Source: Hormiphora californensis
Lineage: Eukaryota; Animalia; Ctenophora
Direction: 5' to 3'
Assembly (NCBI GenBank): GCA_020137815.1
Contig: CM035357.1
Coordinates: 1,302,001-1,366,000, forward strand
Length of the DNA stretch: 64,000 bases
Under the pieces are notes generated by a model. The model worked only from the letters and a program-made list of their open reading frames with translations. It searched no databases and was not told where the DNA came from. A program made the translations under genes and the position numbers. Shown here piece by piece: positions 52,601-64,000 of this stretch. Each line of letters opens with the position of its first letter. Within the stretch, counting starts at the first letter, position 1.

Positions 52601-54696
52601 GAAGTTCATCATAACAGTATCACACTTTGCAAAACTACGGTGAGCAATGGCAGCTGAAAATGGAAGATAAATGATAATTAATCTAACTATAATTCCCGGT
52701 GGACAGAAACACACACAAATATGAAATAGTAAATTCAAAATTTCAAATTATTCTCACCCTGTCTCTCGAAGGCACCGTACTGGTACAACTGAACGTAAGC
52801 GTGTGCTCCCTTGAGTGATGGAACGTAGAGCCCCACGTGGTAGTTCCCGGTCCCTGGTGCCATGTAACCTCCCCCTATCTTGTCTCGTTGCAGCCTGTGT
52901 GGAGATATTGAGGGTTAAAGGTGGGGTGCCATGTAACCTCCCCCTATCTTGTCTTTCTGTTATAGCCTGTGTGGAGATATTGAGGGTTAAAGGTGGGGTG
53001 CCATGTAACCTCCCCCTATCTTGTCTCTCTGTTATAGCCTGTTGAGATATTGCAGGGGTCAGATCATTCAAAGCTATGGGTAGGAAGTGAATTGAGTTCT
53101 GGTGTTTGGGTTATGAGGGTTATGAGGGTTGATGATCTAACCATATTACAAAGGCATTATCCCTCATTGGGGGTCGATAACTTTAGTAAATGTTAGCAAC
53201 AGGAGAGGGGAAACTTTTCATAAAAACAAGAGCTATAGATTAAGATATTTCCACAAACCTTTTAGCGACCGATTTAAAGTCGTTATTCTCAAAGAATTGG
53301 AGCTCAGCATTACATGCCCTCATACACACTCCCTCGTCCTCAGACCATTCAGGCTCCCACTGACTCTGTCCCCGCTTTACAAATGAATACACTGGGGCAT
53401 CCTGCGAGGAGGGGAGAGTTTGCGTGGGGTGGGGACTGGGGAGTAAGGTTTTGGGGTGGGAGAGTGTGATGTGGGAAGTTGTTGATAGTTGAGCAAAGGA
53501 GCTGGGGTAGTAGTCTGGGAATCCATGAATCTATAGTGAGATGAGTAGTACAGAAATTACACAGAATACCCCCTTGCAGTGGGAGAAGTGAGTAGTGAGA
53601 TATGTGGAATACAATATTGAGCATGCAACAATATTGGTGTGCTTCTCCAAAAAGGAGCTACCGATATACAACTCTTCGTCAGATGTCATCCCAAACATGA
53701 TCCCCCTCACATTACGTTACCGCCTCTTGGTCAGATGTTATCCCAAACATGATCCCCTCGTGACGTCACAATGTGATGACGTCATATGCTTACCGGTTGG
53801 GCAATGTTCCATATTTCCACATTAGGGGTGTTCTCAGGCGTGTTCTCATCAATCACATACTGTCTCCAGGTTACAAGGTGAGTGTTGAGGGGTGAAAACA
53901 CCATGAGCATTGTCCGTGGACGATCCAGCGTGGCAACTACTGTATCAGCCTGGGGGAAATAACTATTTGTAACCAGCTGTTGTGAGTGTTCCTGATCCCA
54001 TACTAAACCGTGGGAAACAGATACAAGACCGGCACTCCGCGGGGTTGCAGCCAGCTGAGCAACCTGTTGCTCAGCTGGTTACACCGAGTCCAGCCCAGCT
54101 GCAGCAGAGAGAGAGTCGTGAAAGTGCCAAGTACGCGCGAACACCTCTAAATGGCGATGTATCGCGCGCTACGCAACCAACTGGTTAAGAGGTGCGACAG
54201 TGCCACGGCCAATGAAATGGCAAAACCCCCCATTTTGTATTTAACCCCCCATATTTCACTGCCACACCTTCCTAAATCTATCCACTACATTAGCTTACTG
54301 TGATGTTGTACACGATAGTTTTCTCTCCGTTACACACCGCCATTAGTTCACCGTTCTTGGACATACATATCTGGGGGAGAGAGAGGTAGTGATTTGGCAT
54401 TATCCAACAGTGATCAGGAGCATAATATTGTTCAGTCATGAGTGTGAAACAGGATGTTCTACCGAACCCTCACAGTGTGAGCTCCACAAGTGTCTAAATC
54501 ATACATTGTTTCACATTCACGAGTGTGTGAATCCAAGTGTGAATCTTAGTCTGATTCCAAGTGTGAATCTTTACCAAGTACTTACCGTAGAACATCGTTT
54601 GGTGGTATCGAAGACAGCAGGTGTAAATGTTTTGGTGTCATAGTTGTACTTTTTTAACCCCTCGGTGCCCCTCACCAGGAACGTTAGGGCTGACAT
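49641..54696 (-). CDS. EIF2A: Eukaryotic translation initiation factor 2A, multi-exon
   Basis: MSALTFLVRGTEG start, IAHRSFAKCDTV, ASDVDKSG/YYGQT, GPVYSVEWNPS, GFGNLRGKM, SPRLRQDNEFKVW, AYRPPG, C-terminal EGKELEKNQLEKI. Confidence 0.92.
49764..50085. mobile_element. Poly-G/poly-C-ended MITE inserted at the last eIF2A acceptor
   Basis: GGGG..GTGACACGTAACAC...GTGTTACGTGTCAC..CCCC; TSD TAGTA (up to CCTAGTAG). Confidence 0.8.
50086..50290. repeat. 30-bp tandem repeat containing the eIF2A 3' splice site
   Basis: (TAACCTAGTAGTAGGGGTGATGTAGTTTGG) about seven times. Confidence 0.95.
50665..50735. mobile_element. ~70-bp MITE (CTGTCTGGCG...CGCCAGACAG); copies at ~2348-2419, ~8335-8390, ~9597-9658 and 31645-31688
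   Basis: 8-bp TSD GGTTTTAC here and GTCACCTC at 31645. Confidence 0.85.
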
Positions 54697-55523
54697 CTAG
54701 CGCCCTATAATAACAGAGAGAGAATGAGGTTATTGTAGGGAGGGAATATTATAACACGCACAGGAGGTTGGTTTTAGGGAAAAAGGAATAAGATTGGGTT
54801 GTATCATTGGGGGCCAGGGAGTGAGAATGGCCAGTGACCATTGGTCCCCACTCACACTAGTATATCGAAACAAACACGCAGATATTTTAATTCTAAAACA
54901 CAAAGAAAACAAACAGCGAACAGTATAATATTTTACACATAAACTCTCAACGGCATTTTCAAAATTATAAATCAACTAGAAAACCCGTTTATTTACAGCG
55001 CCCGTTCTCTCAAATGCCCACTCCCCTTGCCCAAGAGCACTGTCCTTCCGCTGTACCCATCTGCACGTGCAGTATAAACCAACCCGCCCCTAACAACCTC
55101 TTCAATTTGCACGTGCACAAACGGTTGCTAGCGACATTTCCAAATTATAATAGAGATAATGATTAAATCAGGGGTTGTGAGAAACGGATGATCAGGATGA
55201 TGGAGTGTACCGACCTGTTGGTATCTCGCTCAAAACATAGTACACGATGAATGAGAGGCATGATTTTGTTTACACTAAATATATGGGGCTGGGGATATAC
55301 ATTATATATGGGACTTATCACAAACATGGATCTCTCCAAGAGAGCGGGGGGGGGGGGGGGCAATAGAGCATCCAACCAACGGCGTCCAACTAGTTCCACA
55401 GATGTCCAATCATTAGGGGTTGATGAGTACTGATATACACTTATAATACACAGGAACAGAGAACAGAACCCTCTTTCAAAACGCTCGAAGGGTTAGAACA
55501 GCAAATTTTGTGTGTCCAATTCA

Positions 55524-58500
55524 TCACGTTATCTTCCCTCCATAGCTGCCCATCGGTGGTCTATACTCCCTTGGCAATACCTTCAGCTGAATCCCATTAA
55601 AAGCGTACTTGCTACACCCAGTATTCTTCTTACAGTTCAGTGGTCTAACTCCATGACTCCTGAGAGCAGCCAGAGCAGCTACAGGATCCTGTAACACATG
55701 CTCTCTCTCCAGTGCACGTGTTAGTTCATACGTCACAGCCATGGCGGTCCTATCCTTTGCACTCTTACAAGACGTCACTCGTCCCCCACCAACCAACCTC
55801 ACTAGCTCATCTAGATGTGTGAACAACTTCACATCGCGTGGAACTTGTTCCCGTACGTGATGTGAGACGGTCTCCAGGAGTTGTCGTGCCCGTGGTGATG
55901 ATGATGTCCAAGGGGTCACGTACCGGTGTAACCGGGTTAGAGAGTTGGTGTTGATAGTATCTTGTATGGCAGTACTCCCCATTGTTTCAGCTAAGAGCTG
56001 TTGCTCGTTAACACCCTTAGTGAACAACACAGGGTGGATTGAGATGGGACCCGTACACTGAGGGGGTAACATCCCCCAGATCCTGTCACCAACACCAAGT
56101 GTAATGGTCAGCCTGACATTGGTACCTGATAGTGCTACATGACCAACATGGGATCTACATAGCATTATCTTACAGTGGGAGAGGTTGAGTATTGACACCC
56201 AATGGTCTTCTATCATACACTGTTCCTGGCTGTGGGTACTGAGGAGAGATTGGAAATATATCAGGTATCCCTCACTCGATGTTGTCATGAAGAATCCTCG
56301 GTCTCCCCGGGTGTAGGCATCGGCGACACTCATATTAAACGCGGCAACCAGGGCTGTGAGAGCTTGTGAAAAACAGGATATCATCCTCATTTCCATATCA
56401 GGATTACCAGCGAAGTAGGAATTAACGATCTTGTTCTCCTCCAGCAACAAACTAAACATGATCCCCTGTCGTGCTTGGGTAACTAACGGCTCCAAAGTTG
56501 CCAACATTTTCATCATCTCCACCTCAACGTTCTTCCCCCTCTCGATAGCGGTGATGAACTGGGTGATAGCCAGGGTTATATCAGTTTCCAAAGCCTGGAC
56601 CGAATCACCATCCGAGATAGATCCCCTCCGACCTTCTCTCTCCACATATCTCTCTCCATCCCAGACATAGTTCTGCTCCGGAAAAGACCAGTTCCGTTCC
56701 CTAAGACGGGAAAATTGGAAGATACTCTCGGCCTGGTCAAACAGTTTAACAGACATAAGAACATCGGGTAACCGGCAGAAATCCATCAAATCTGAGATCT
56801 TGCTAGTTAGGGCCACCGCATGTTCATAAATATCAATCTGTTCCAACAACCTCACTTCCACAACTTTCTCTTTACACCTCTCTATCTCACCCCAAATATG
56901 GTATATCTGATTAGTGAGCGCCACCAGTTTATCATACTTGGCAGAGTAATACACCTCTAGTTGAGCTGCGTTCAGACCCGCCCTTAGGGAGGTCCGGTAG
57001 CCCAAACCATGGGCTGCAAATGCACCAACAGTGGTAGTGAAATACATCCTCTCCTTCTCTCCGTTCTCTTCGCTAACCCCGACTGCATAAATGGCCAAGT
57101 TTACAGGGCAAAACTGCCACTCCGCCTCCTTTTTTTGGACACTTTTCCGGTACGATGGCCCATCGTAAGACGTCAAAAAGTCCCTAACTTGGACTAGAGT
57201 AGCTATTTTCCTGTTGTAATGCCCTATCATGTCAGTTAGCATGCCATCATAAATTGGGTCCAAGTTAGTGAACTCTTCAAAGGACTCTAAAACCTGCTCC
57301 TTTCTCTCCAACAGGAACAAGACATATGCTAGAGGAACATCAACTGTAGCGGAATGATCCCACAACTGCTCAGACACGTAGATTCTTTGTTGTTTGGTCC
57401 GGAATGTGAATCCCCGATGTGAATCCAACTTGAGATGCGGAGATTTCTCTGCTATGTTCAGTAGAGCCCGGTGTGAGGTGTTAGAATCGAGGACCGATGA
57501 GAGGGAGATGGTGCCAACATGATCATTCCCTTGGTTGTCACCCATGATGACATGCAAAACACCATCAACACCCTTCTCTATCTCATCTATACTCACAACA
57601 GCACACCCTACCATGTTCCCAGTGTTCATGTTGTTGATACAGAACTTCAGGGGTGAGGATGGTGTCAGAATGTCCGTTAGTTCGATGTGAAATGTTTTAC
57701 AGTAATGTGGTGTGTGGGAGTGGTCAACTGCTTCAGTCTGGTACATTAGGACCCATCGAGAGGAGGAATCCCGGGCGTAGACAGAGGCGAAGGTGTTCTG
57801 TGTTGGGCAGTTCAGGGACAGTTCACAGGATACTACAATCTGGGAGAGAGAGTGATGTTAGCGGATAGAAAGAAGATAGGGAGATAGAATAGAGATAGAG
57901 GAAGGTGAAAACGGCTTCTTATAGAATAGGACAGAGGGAGGCGTTCTTTCCTGAACAAATGAAACAGCAAACATTAACCGCAGCGAAAATACAGCAACAG
58001 TCTGACTTATGAGAGATAATACACGCCGTGCTTCATATCACACTAAGACATACATCCAAGACACATTATGCCGCTTAAAGAAGGCGACAGACAAAGTGAT
58101 GCTGCGAGACAAACAAAGTGCTGCTATGTATTGCTTACTGTGCAAAACGTCTTTGTGGACTGTAGTTGCTGCAAAATTGGGAGAGGATATAAAACCCGAT
58201 ACAGTGTTACTTTTTGTTAGACATCGCTTCATGAGTAATGTACATGTACATTGTAATGTATTGTATTGGCTACACGCGGGAGAAAAAGAGGAGCTACCAA
58301 TGTATCATGTCATGTTTGTGTGTACAGAGATCTGTTTTAAACAGTTAACATACCTCCCTTGAGTTAATATCAGGAATTAGAAGTGCATCACCACCCCAAC
58401 ATTTGCTGATCCTATTCTGCTGTGCCAGTAAGGTATTGTACTGTGTCTGCAAATCCTGCCATTGGTCATACAGAGTCATATATCCACACCGTGATATGTG

Positions 58501-59087
58501 ATCCACCCATTGAGCGGCTGTCTCCCTAGAGCTGCAGTACATGTGGTATTCTGAGGTGAGGTGGATGTGTGTTATTGAACTGCAAAGATTTGGGAAATGA
58601 AATTGTGAGCTGAGCATCTCCAAAGAGAATAACTTTTTTCTCTACCAAACAACGATAATCAGCCGTGGAAAAAGTAATGGAGAAAACCATGTAGACTTAC
58701 CTGATGTAGAAAATGTGATCTTGACCCCGTATCCATGGCTTGCATTTTGGCACACGCTCGCTTGATGCCCTTCCAAAACAATCATTGACTCAAGTGAACC
58801 TGTCAAATAGGAGATAACAACACAAGGCTATGAATTGTGCAATATGTACAATGTACAATGCACACTGTAAAGTGTGTACATAACAAAGTACATTATTAAC
58901 TCTTACCATGTTCATGTTTGGAAGTGAGTAACAAGTTTTTCACCAGCAGACACCACCGATGCACATACTGCTCGTGATCTGAGCTTCTTTTTTCAGCTGC
59001 AAAGTCATAGAGGTGCAGGTAGAACCGTCCAGAGATTGTCCCCTTACCCTTAAGTAGCTGTCCGACTTCTCGTGTATTGATCTTCAT
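55524..59087 (-). CDS. INPP4: Inositol polyphosphate 4-phosphatase with N-terminal PH and C2 domains; final exon 57839-55524
   Basis: Catalytic CKSAKDRT, FQSLLSTHSQEQCMIEDH, PVLFTKGVNEQQLLAE, YRPPMGSYG; 5' exons RWCLLVKNLL...AAQWVDHI are PH-like. Confidence 0.93.
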
Positions 59088-59469
59088 CGGGCATTACTAA
59101 TAAATATTATTGTTTTTAAATCTATACAACTTGCTCAACCGGGGTTTGCAGCACCTGGACCCTGCTTCCAGGGTCTCCAGCTTCCGCGTCCTACACCCCC
59201 TGGCCCCTCCGGGCTGCGGCCGGCTTGTGGGCGGTTTCACCCCACACACTCTTAGCCCCGGACGCTCAGGAACTTGCTTGGAAGTTGGACGAACGACGAA
59301 GGCCCAAAACCGTCCCCGAGAACAGGAACGTTTTTAAACTTTAAATTTTTAACGTTTTCCGATTTTTTTAAGAATTTTATTTTTAAAATTTTTTATTGCA
59401 CGCTCGAATTGCAGCGCAATAACGAATTTGTTTTGCGCGTTACATTAAATAGTGCAAAATGCACCGTCA

Positions 59470-59765
59470 TAGGGATCCCTAAAAAAGTTCAGTATTTACA
59501 CAGAGTTTACACAGTCTTTACTCAGTCGTTACACCCAGAGCGCCCGCGCCGCTCTGGGTGTAACGACTGCGTCTTTCGCACTCGATTTGCAGCGTTTTCG
59601 GAAACTTTTTTCGCCGCAGCGCTCAATTTTGTCAATTGTGCAGCACACAATCCAATATTTTCTTGGAAAAAGCCACTGTGCGCAGCACGCGCCGCTCTGG
59701 GTGTAACGACTGAGTAAAGACTGTGTAAACTCTGTGTAAATACTGAACTTTTTTAGGGATCCCTA
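59470..59765. mobile_element. ~300-bp MITE with ~70-bp TIRs
   Basis: TAGGGATCCCTAAAAAAG...CTTTTTTAGGGATCCCTA, 3-bp TSD TCA. Confidence 0.88.
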
Positions 59766-61125
59766 TCACATCAGCGGGGGGAACTCAGTACAGGTTCTTC
59801 GTGCCAGCTGAGTTCTTCGAGCTCAGTCCTTGGCATGCGCTGCAGACCCCAAGTGCGCGCGTTTTCCACGGCTTCTAGGGCCTGTAGCATAGGCCAAGCT
59901 CAGTCCCGTTGCCGTGGACCTGGTTGGCTGATGGTCCAGTGATTACGGTCAAATCACCCGGCTATCTCCCCAATCTTGGGGAGTAAACTTTGCCAGAGAC
60001 CTTGCCGAACTCAACTATGGCACCGAGCTCTTGCAGTGCGGCTGGTCCCTGCTGGAATTTGGTTCGGCGGTCGGTTGACAAGTAAAAGCTATAAAGCGGA
60101 ATATTAAGTATTTTGTGATGATGATTTGTGATGATGAGCGGTTGGTTGACGATTGATATCAGTCGTTGATCGATCGTTTGTCGGTCGGTCGTCGGACTGA
60201 GTTTTAGTGGGGATCCCAGTTGAACTGATAATCTCACCCTTGTTACACATGGCAACCCATGATTTGTAATCACCGAGGGCCTCCGCCTAGTAGGCAATGC
60301 CTACTAGGCATGCCTGATGACCCATCGGCTGTCTCCCATTTAATTATGGGGGTAAATTCTACGCCAGAGAACTAGCCTCCCTCAATTATGGCAACCCATG
60401 ATTTGTAATCACCCGGCAGCTGTAGCCTTTAAAACAGCCCTCCTGTCCAACATCACATATTGGTCGGACGGAGGTTACCTTCTCTCGCAAAAATAGGGGT
60501 TATTCCCCTGGGGAACCTCTGCCCAAATTTTTGCCACATACTACCTTTGCAATATATCTAGAACAATCCTCCTCACTGACAAACAGATCAAGCAACACAC
60601 TTGATTTGGTAAAATTCTCCAAACTAATAGCCAAAAGTAACCTATTCGATTAAACCATCCCTAACTATCCCGACCTGGAACAAGTGGCAAACTATAGGGC
60701 AACGCTACTTATGGGGGAGTTTTCTTCTATAACGACGCAATAAGGGACCCAAGAGTGGTAGGGCAGGTAGGGCCAAACAAATGGCCACCTCCGCCATATG
60801 GCAAGTAGTTACCCCGCAAAAGTGCAACCCCTGGGAGCTGATAATTTGCCAAATGCTCACCAGAGTTAACATAAGCGTTTTCATGCTTATCTGTGCTTGC
60901 TAAGAAATTAGCTGTCCGGACCCCCAGGTTGCATGCTGATAAGTACTGCTAGCGGTTTTGACCCAAGACCTGAGGTGTGATAAGATATTTCAGCCGTCAC
61001 CGATTAGATGGTGAACCCACGGTATTGTTATATCCGGCAACCCACCTACCTCTACAGCTCCTTGGAGCAGTAGTAACCAGAGACCAGTCTGTGTGACAGG
61101 TAAATTCCATCCATTGCCCTGACAA

Positions 61126-62682
61126 TGTCCCATATATTCTGTGGGTCGGTTGGCGAGCTGTCACGCAAAAACGGTGATAGTTGTGTGAAAACAAACTACG
61201 GGAGTGTGCTGGATTAATTCCTTCCTAACTGATGGCTTTGTTTTTAAATTAAATTTCAAAAGTTCATTTTTCATGAATGAACATTCCTGTCATTCATTCG
61301 TGAATTCTGAAATATTGTTTACCTTGAGTAAAAAACTTTTCTTTGGCTCGAAATTATCTTTCCAATGAGCACCATAAAAATCAAATTGAAGCACCGGATC
61401 GCATGGCAGGTGAGAAAATGCAAATGCATGATTTTGGCCATTCCTGCGACTTTCAATCAGCTGTATCACCGCTACTTTCAGTTCAATCCTTTTAAAAGTT
61501 TGGGTGAACATTGGTGAAGATAAGATCTTTGCTCACAAGAAAAATCAAGGTCAAAACTCAAAGTTCATTTTTCATTTTTGGTAGTTCATTCCACTCATTC
61601 AGGAACAAACATCCCTAAAGTGACGAAAAGGTTTGGGTTTTGTTTGGCCCATGTCCTGAAACGACAGAGAGGTGTAAAAACGTGTTTCCGGGCTAGTTAG
61701 TGGGTGTCCATGTGATCATTATGATATCTGACACCTGTGCTGAGCCATAATTAAGAGATTTTCTCAAATTCAAACATGGGATACGAGTATTCTGCGATTG
61801 GTATCGTGCACCAATAACAAGAGATCCCATAGCACCTCAAAAATTATGATTAGCTAAATGAAATGAGTTGATTCTCGCTTGAAAATGTTCGTTTAGTCCG
61901 AATTTACATTGGTTTTAATCTTTTCAATCGTAAATCAACTCATTTTTAGCTAATCATAATTTTTGAGGTGCTATGGGATCTCTTGTTATTGGTGCACGAT
62001 ACCAATCACAGAATACTCGTATCCCATGTTTGAATTTGAGAAAATCTCTTAATTATGGCTCAGCAAAGGTGTCAGATATCATAATGATCACATGGACACC
62101 CACTAACTAGCCCGGAAACACGTTTTTACACCTCTCTGTCGTTTCAGGACATGGGCCAAACAAAACCCAAACCTTTTCGTCACTTTAGGGATGTTTGTTC
62201 CTGAATGAGTGGAATGAACTACCAAAAATGAAAAATGAACTTTGAGTTTTGACCTTGATTTTTCTTGTGAGCAAAGATCTTATCTTCACCAATGTTCACC
62301 CAAACTTTTAAAAGGATTGAACTGAAAGTAGCGGTGATACAGCTGATTGAAAGTCGCAGGAATGGCCAAAATCATGCATTTGCATTTTCTCACCTGCCAT
62401 GCGATCCGGTGCTTCAATTTGATTTTTATGGTGCTCATTGGAAAGATAATTTCGAGCCAAAGAAAAGTTTTTTACTCAAGGTAAACAATATTTCAGAATT
62501 CACGAATGAATGACAGGAATGTTCATTCATGAAAAATGAACTTTTGAAATTTAATTTAAAAACAAAGCCATCAGTTAGGAAGGAATTAATCCAGCACACT
62601 CCCGTAGTTTGTTTTCACACAACTATCACCGTTTTTGCGTGACAGCTCGCCAACCGACCCACAGAATATATGGGACACCCTG
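61126..62682. mobile_element. ~1.55-kb near-perfect palindromic Tc1/mariner-type foldback element
   Basis: ~745-bp arms, ~60-bp spacer, right end ...GGGACACCCTG|TA; the left end lacks the terminal CAGGG. Confidence 0.88.
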
Positions 62683-63147
62683 TAGGTATGTCAGTCTACT
62701 ATTAGATTCACTGTATCAAATACTCTTCTTGTGATGCCGGCAAAGGTTCGAGGGAAATGTTGAGCTTGCTCGACAAAATACCAGGACCCAAACCGGAACA
62801 ACATCAACACTATCCCTACGTGTGGGGGACGGTGGCGAAGAGTGATATTAATAGAGGTTGGCTGCCGACCATTGTGGGGCAGTAAAGTGGGTGGAATGAC
62901 GGGCGGTGCAAAACACACACACACACACACACACACACCGTCATCACATCCACCGCCGCGCGGAGATTTCACAAAATAAAATCAAATTTGAAAAAAAATT
63001 TTTCAGACCCCGTTTTAAAAAAAACTGAAAACACTTTTTTTTGAAAAACGCTGCCAGCAACGTTTGCCAACGTTTTTTAGTCCATTTTTTGGTTTAATTT
63101 AAGCCAAATTTTGTGCTCTTATCATCACCCAGACATTATTACACAGC

Positions 63148-64000
63148 ATGCAAGATGTGGGTGATGTTGTAACGGGTGAAGAGTCAGGCAATGAACAAGG
63201 AAGACCGGAATCTGAAAGCGAGGTTGACAGCGGAGTAGAGTACGTGTGGAGTGAAGAGGCGGAAGATGCAGGGGAAGATTCCTTTAACTTAGGTTTGCAC
63301 TGGAATCTTTTTTAATTACTTTTTGGTCAGATGTGAACATGATATTTCTGTGTTTCCCTTCCAAATTGTTTTATTTTTCTGAACCTAATAATACCTCTCC
63401 CTAGTTTACACACCACCGACGGACCTTCCAAGCACTGTAACCCGATTAGAAGGACCTGGTGAGAGCGAAGTTTACATCGTGGGGACGGCACATTTTTCTG
63501 AAGAAAGCAACCAGGATGTTATCACAACCATTGAAAAATGTCGACCTCACATTGTTTGCTTGGAGCTGTGCAAGAACAGGGTATGTTGTTGTTGTTCGTA
63601 CTGTAAAATAATGAAAGTCCCTGAAATTCTGCTACACAATTCCACTACACCCCTAGTTACACAAGTCCACCCCTAGTTACACAATTCCACCCCTAGTTAC
63701 ACAATTCCACCCCTAGTTACACAATTCCACCCCTAGTTACACAATTCTACCACTAGCCTCCCCTAGTTACACGATTCCACCCCTAGTTACATAACACCCC
63801 TAGTTACACAATTCCACCCCTAATTACACAATTCCACCCCAAGTTACACAATTCCACCCCTAGTTACATAATTCCACCCCTAGTTACACAATTCCACCCC
63901 TAGTTACACGTGGTCAAGTTTACCGAGGAGGAGGTATTGGATGAGGTTCAAAATATCGGGCTGAGTAAAGCGAAGGAGCTTCTAGATCGATCTGGTGTTT
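63148..64000 (+). CDS. TRABD: TraB domain-containing protein, 5' part (exons 63148-63292, 63405-63580, 63904-end of window)
   Basis: LPSTVT...VYIVGTAHFSEESNQDV...RPHIVCLELCKNR, the TraB signature. Confidence 0.9.
63630..63910 (+). repeat. 20-bp tandem repeat containing the TRABD 3' splice site
   Basis: (CCCTAGTTACACAATTCCAC)n; the last unit supplies the real acceptor. Confidence 0.95.

Noticed and set aside
55122-55135. RFX X-box-like GTTGCTAGCGAC upstream of eIF2A
   Set aside because: A single short degenerate motif is not enough to call a regulatory site
60420-61120. Degenerate RING/Sina-like coding sequence on the minus strand
   Set aside because: Stops in all frames and only a vague motif resemblance
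61290-62513. Identical 73-aa ORFs on opposite strands
   Set aside because: Consequence of the palindrome; no transposase motif

Overview
Eukaryotic (animal) genomic DNA, compact and intron-rich; a ctenophore-like or other invertebrate origin is a guess, not something the sequence proves. Seven spliced genes can be read. On the minus strand: the 5' ~40% of an inner-arm axonemal dynein heavy chain (DNAH6, runs off the left edge), a roadblock/LC7 dynein light chain (DYNLRB, missed by the ORF track) only ~300 bp upstream of it, mitochondrial thiolase ACAA2, eIF2A and a PH-C2 INPP4 phosphatase. On the plus strand: a proline-rich CD225/dispanin gene with two duplicated last exons, and the start of TRABD. 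The middle (about 17.6-21.3 kb and 28-45 kb) is a transposon patchwork of L2/CR1 LINE remnants, nested Gypsy-type LTR elements, a piggyBac-type insert, hAT-like, Tc1/pogo-like and TAG...CTA foldback elements, and a tRNA-like cassette inside inverted repeats. Main leads: (1) an operon-like DYNLRB-DNAH6 arrangement, with AATAAA, a branch point and a splice acceptor just before the DNAH6 ATG, and an AG close to the ATG of all seven genes, suggesting SL trans-splicing; (2) repeated tandem duplications centred on splice junctions that stack decoy splice sites; (3) a 15-nt frame-preserving microexon candidate in DNAH6; (4) alternative transmembrane last exons in the CD225 gene. Parts of 26.2-27.0 kb and 34.4-38.1 kb look like low-quality consensus sequence.
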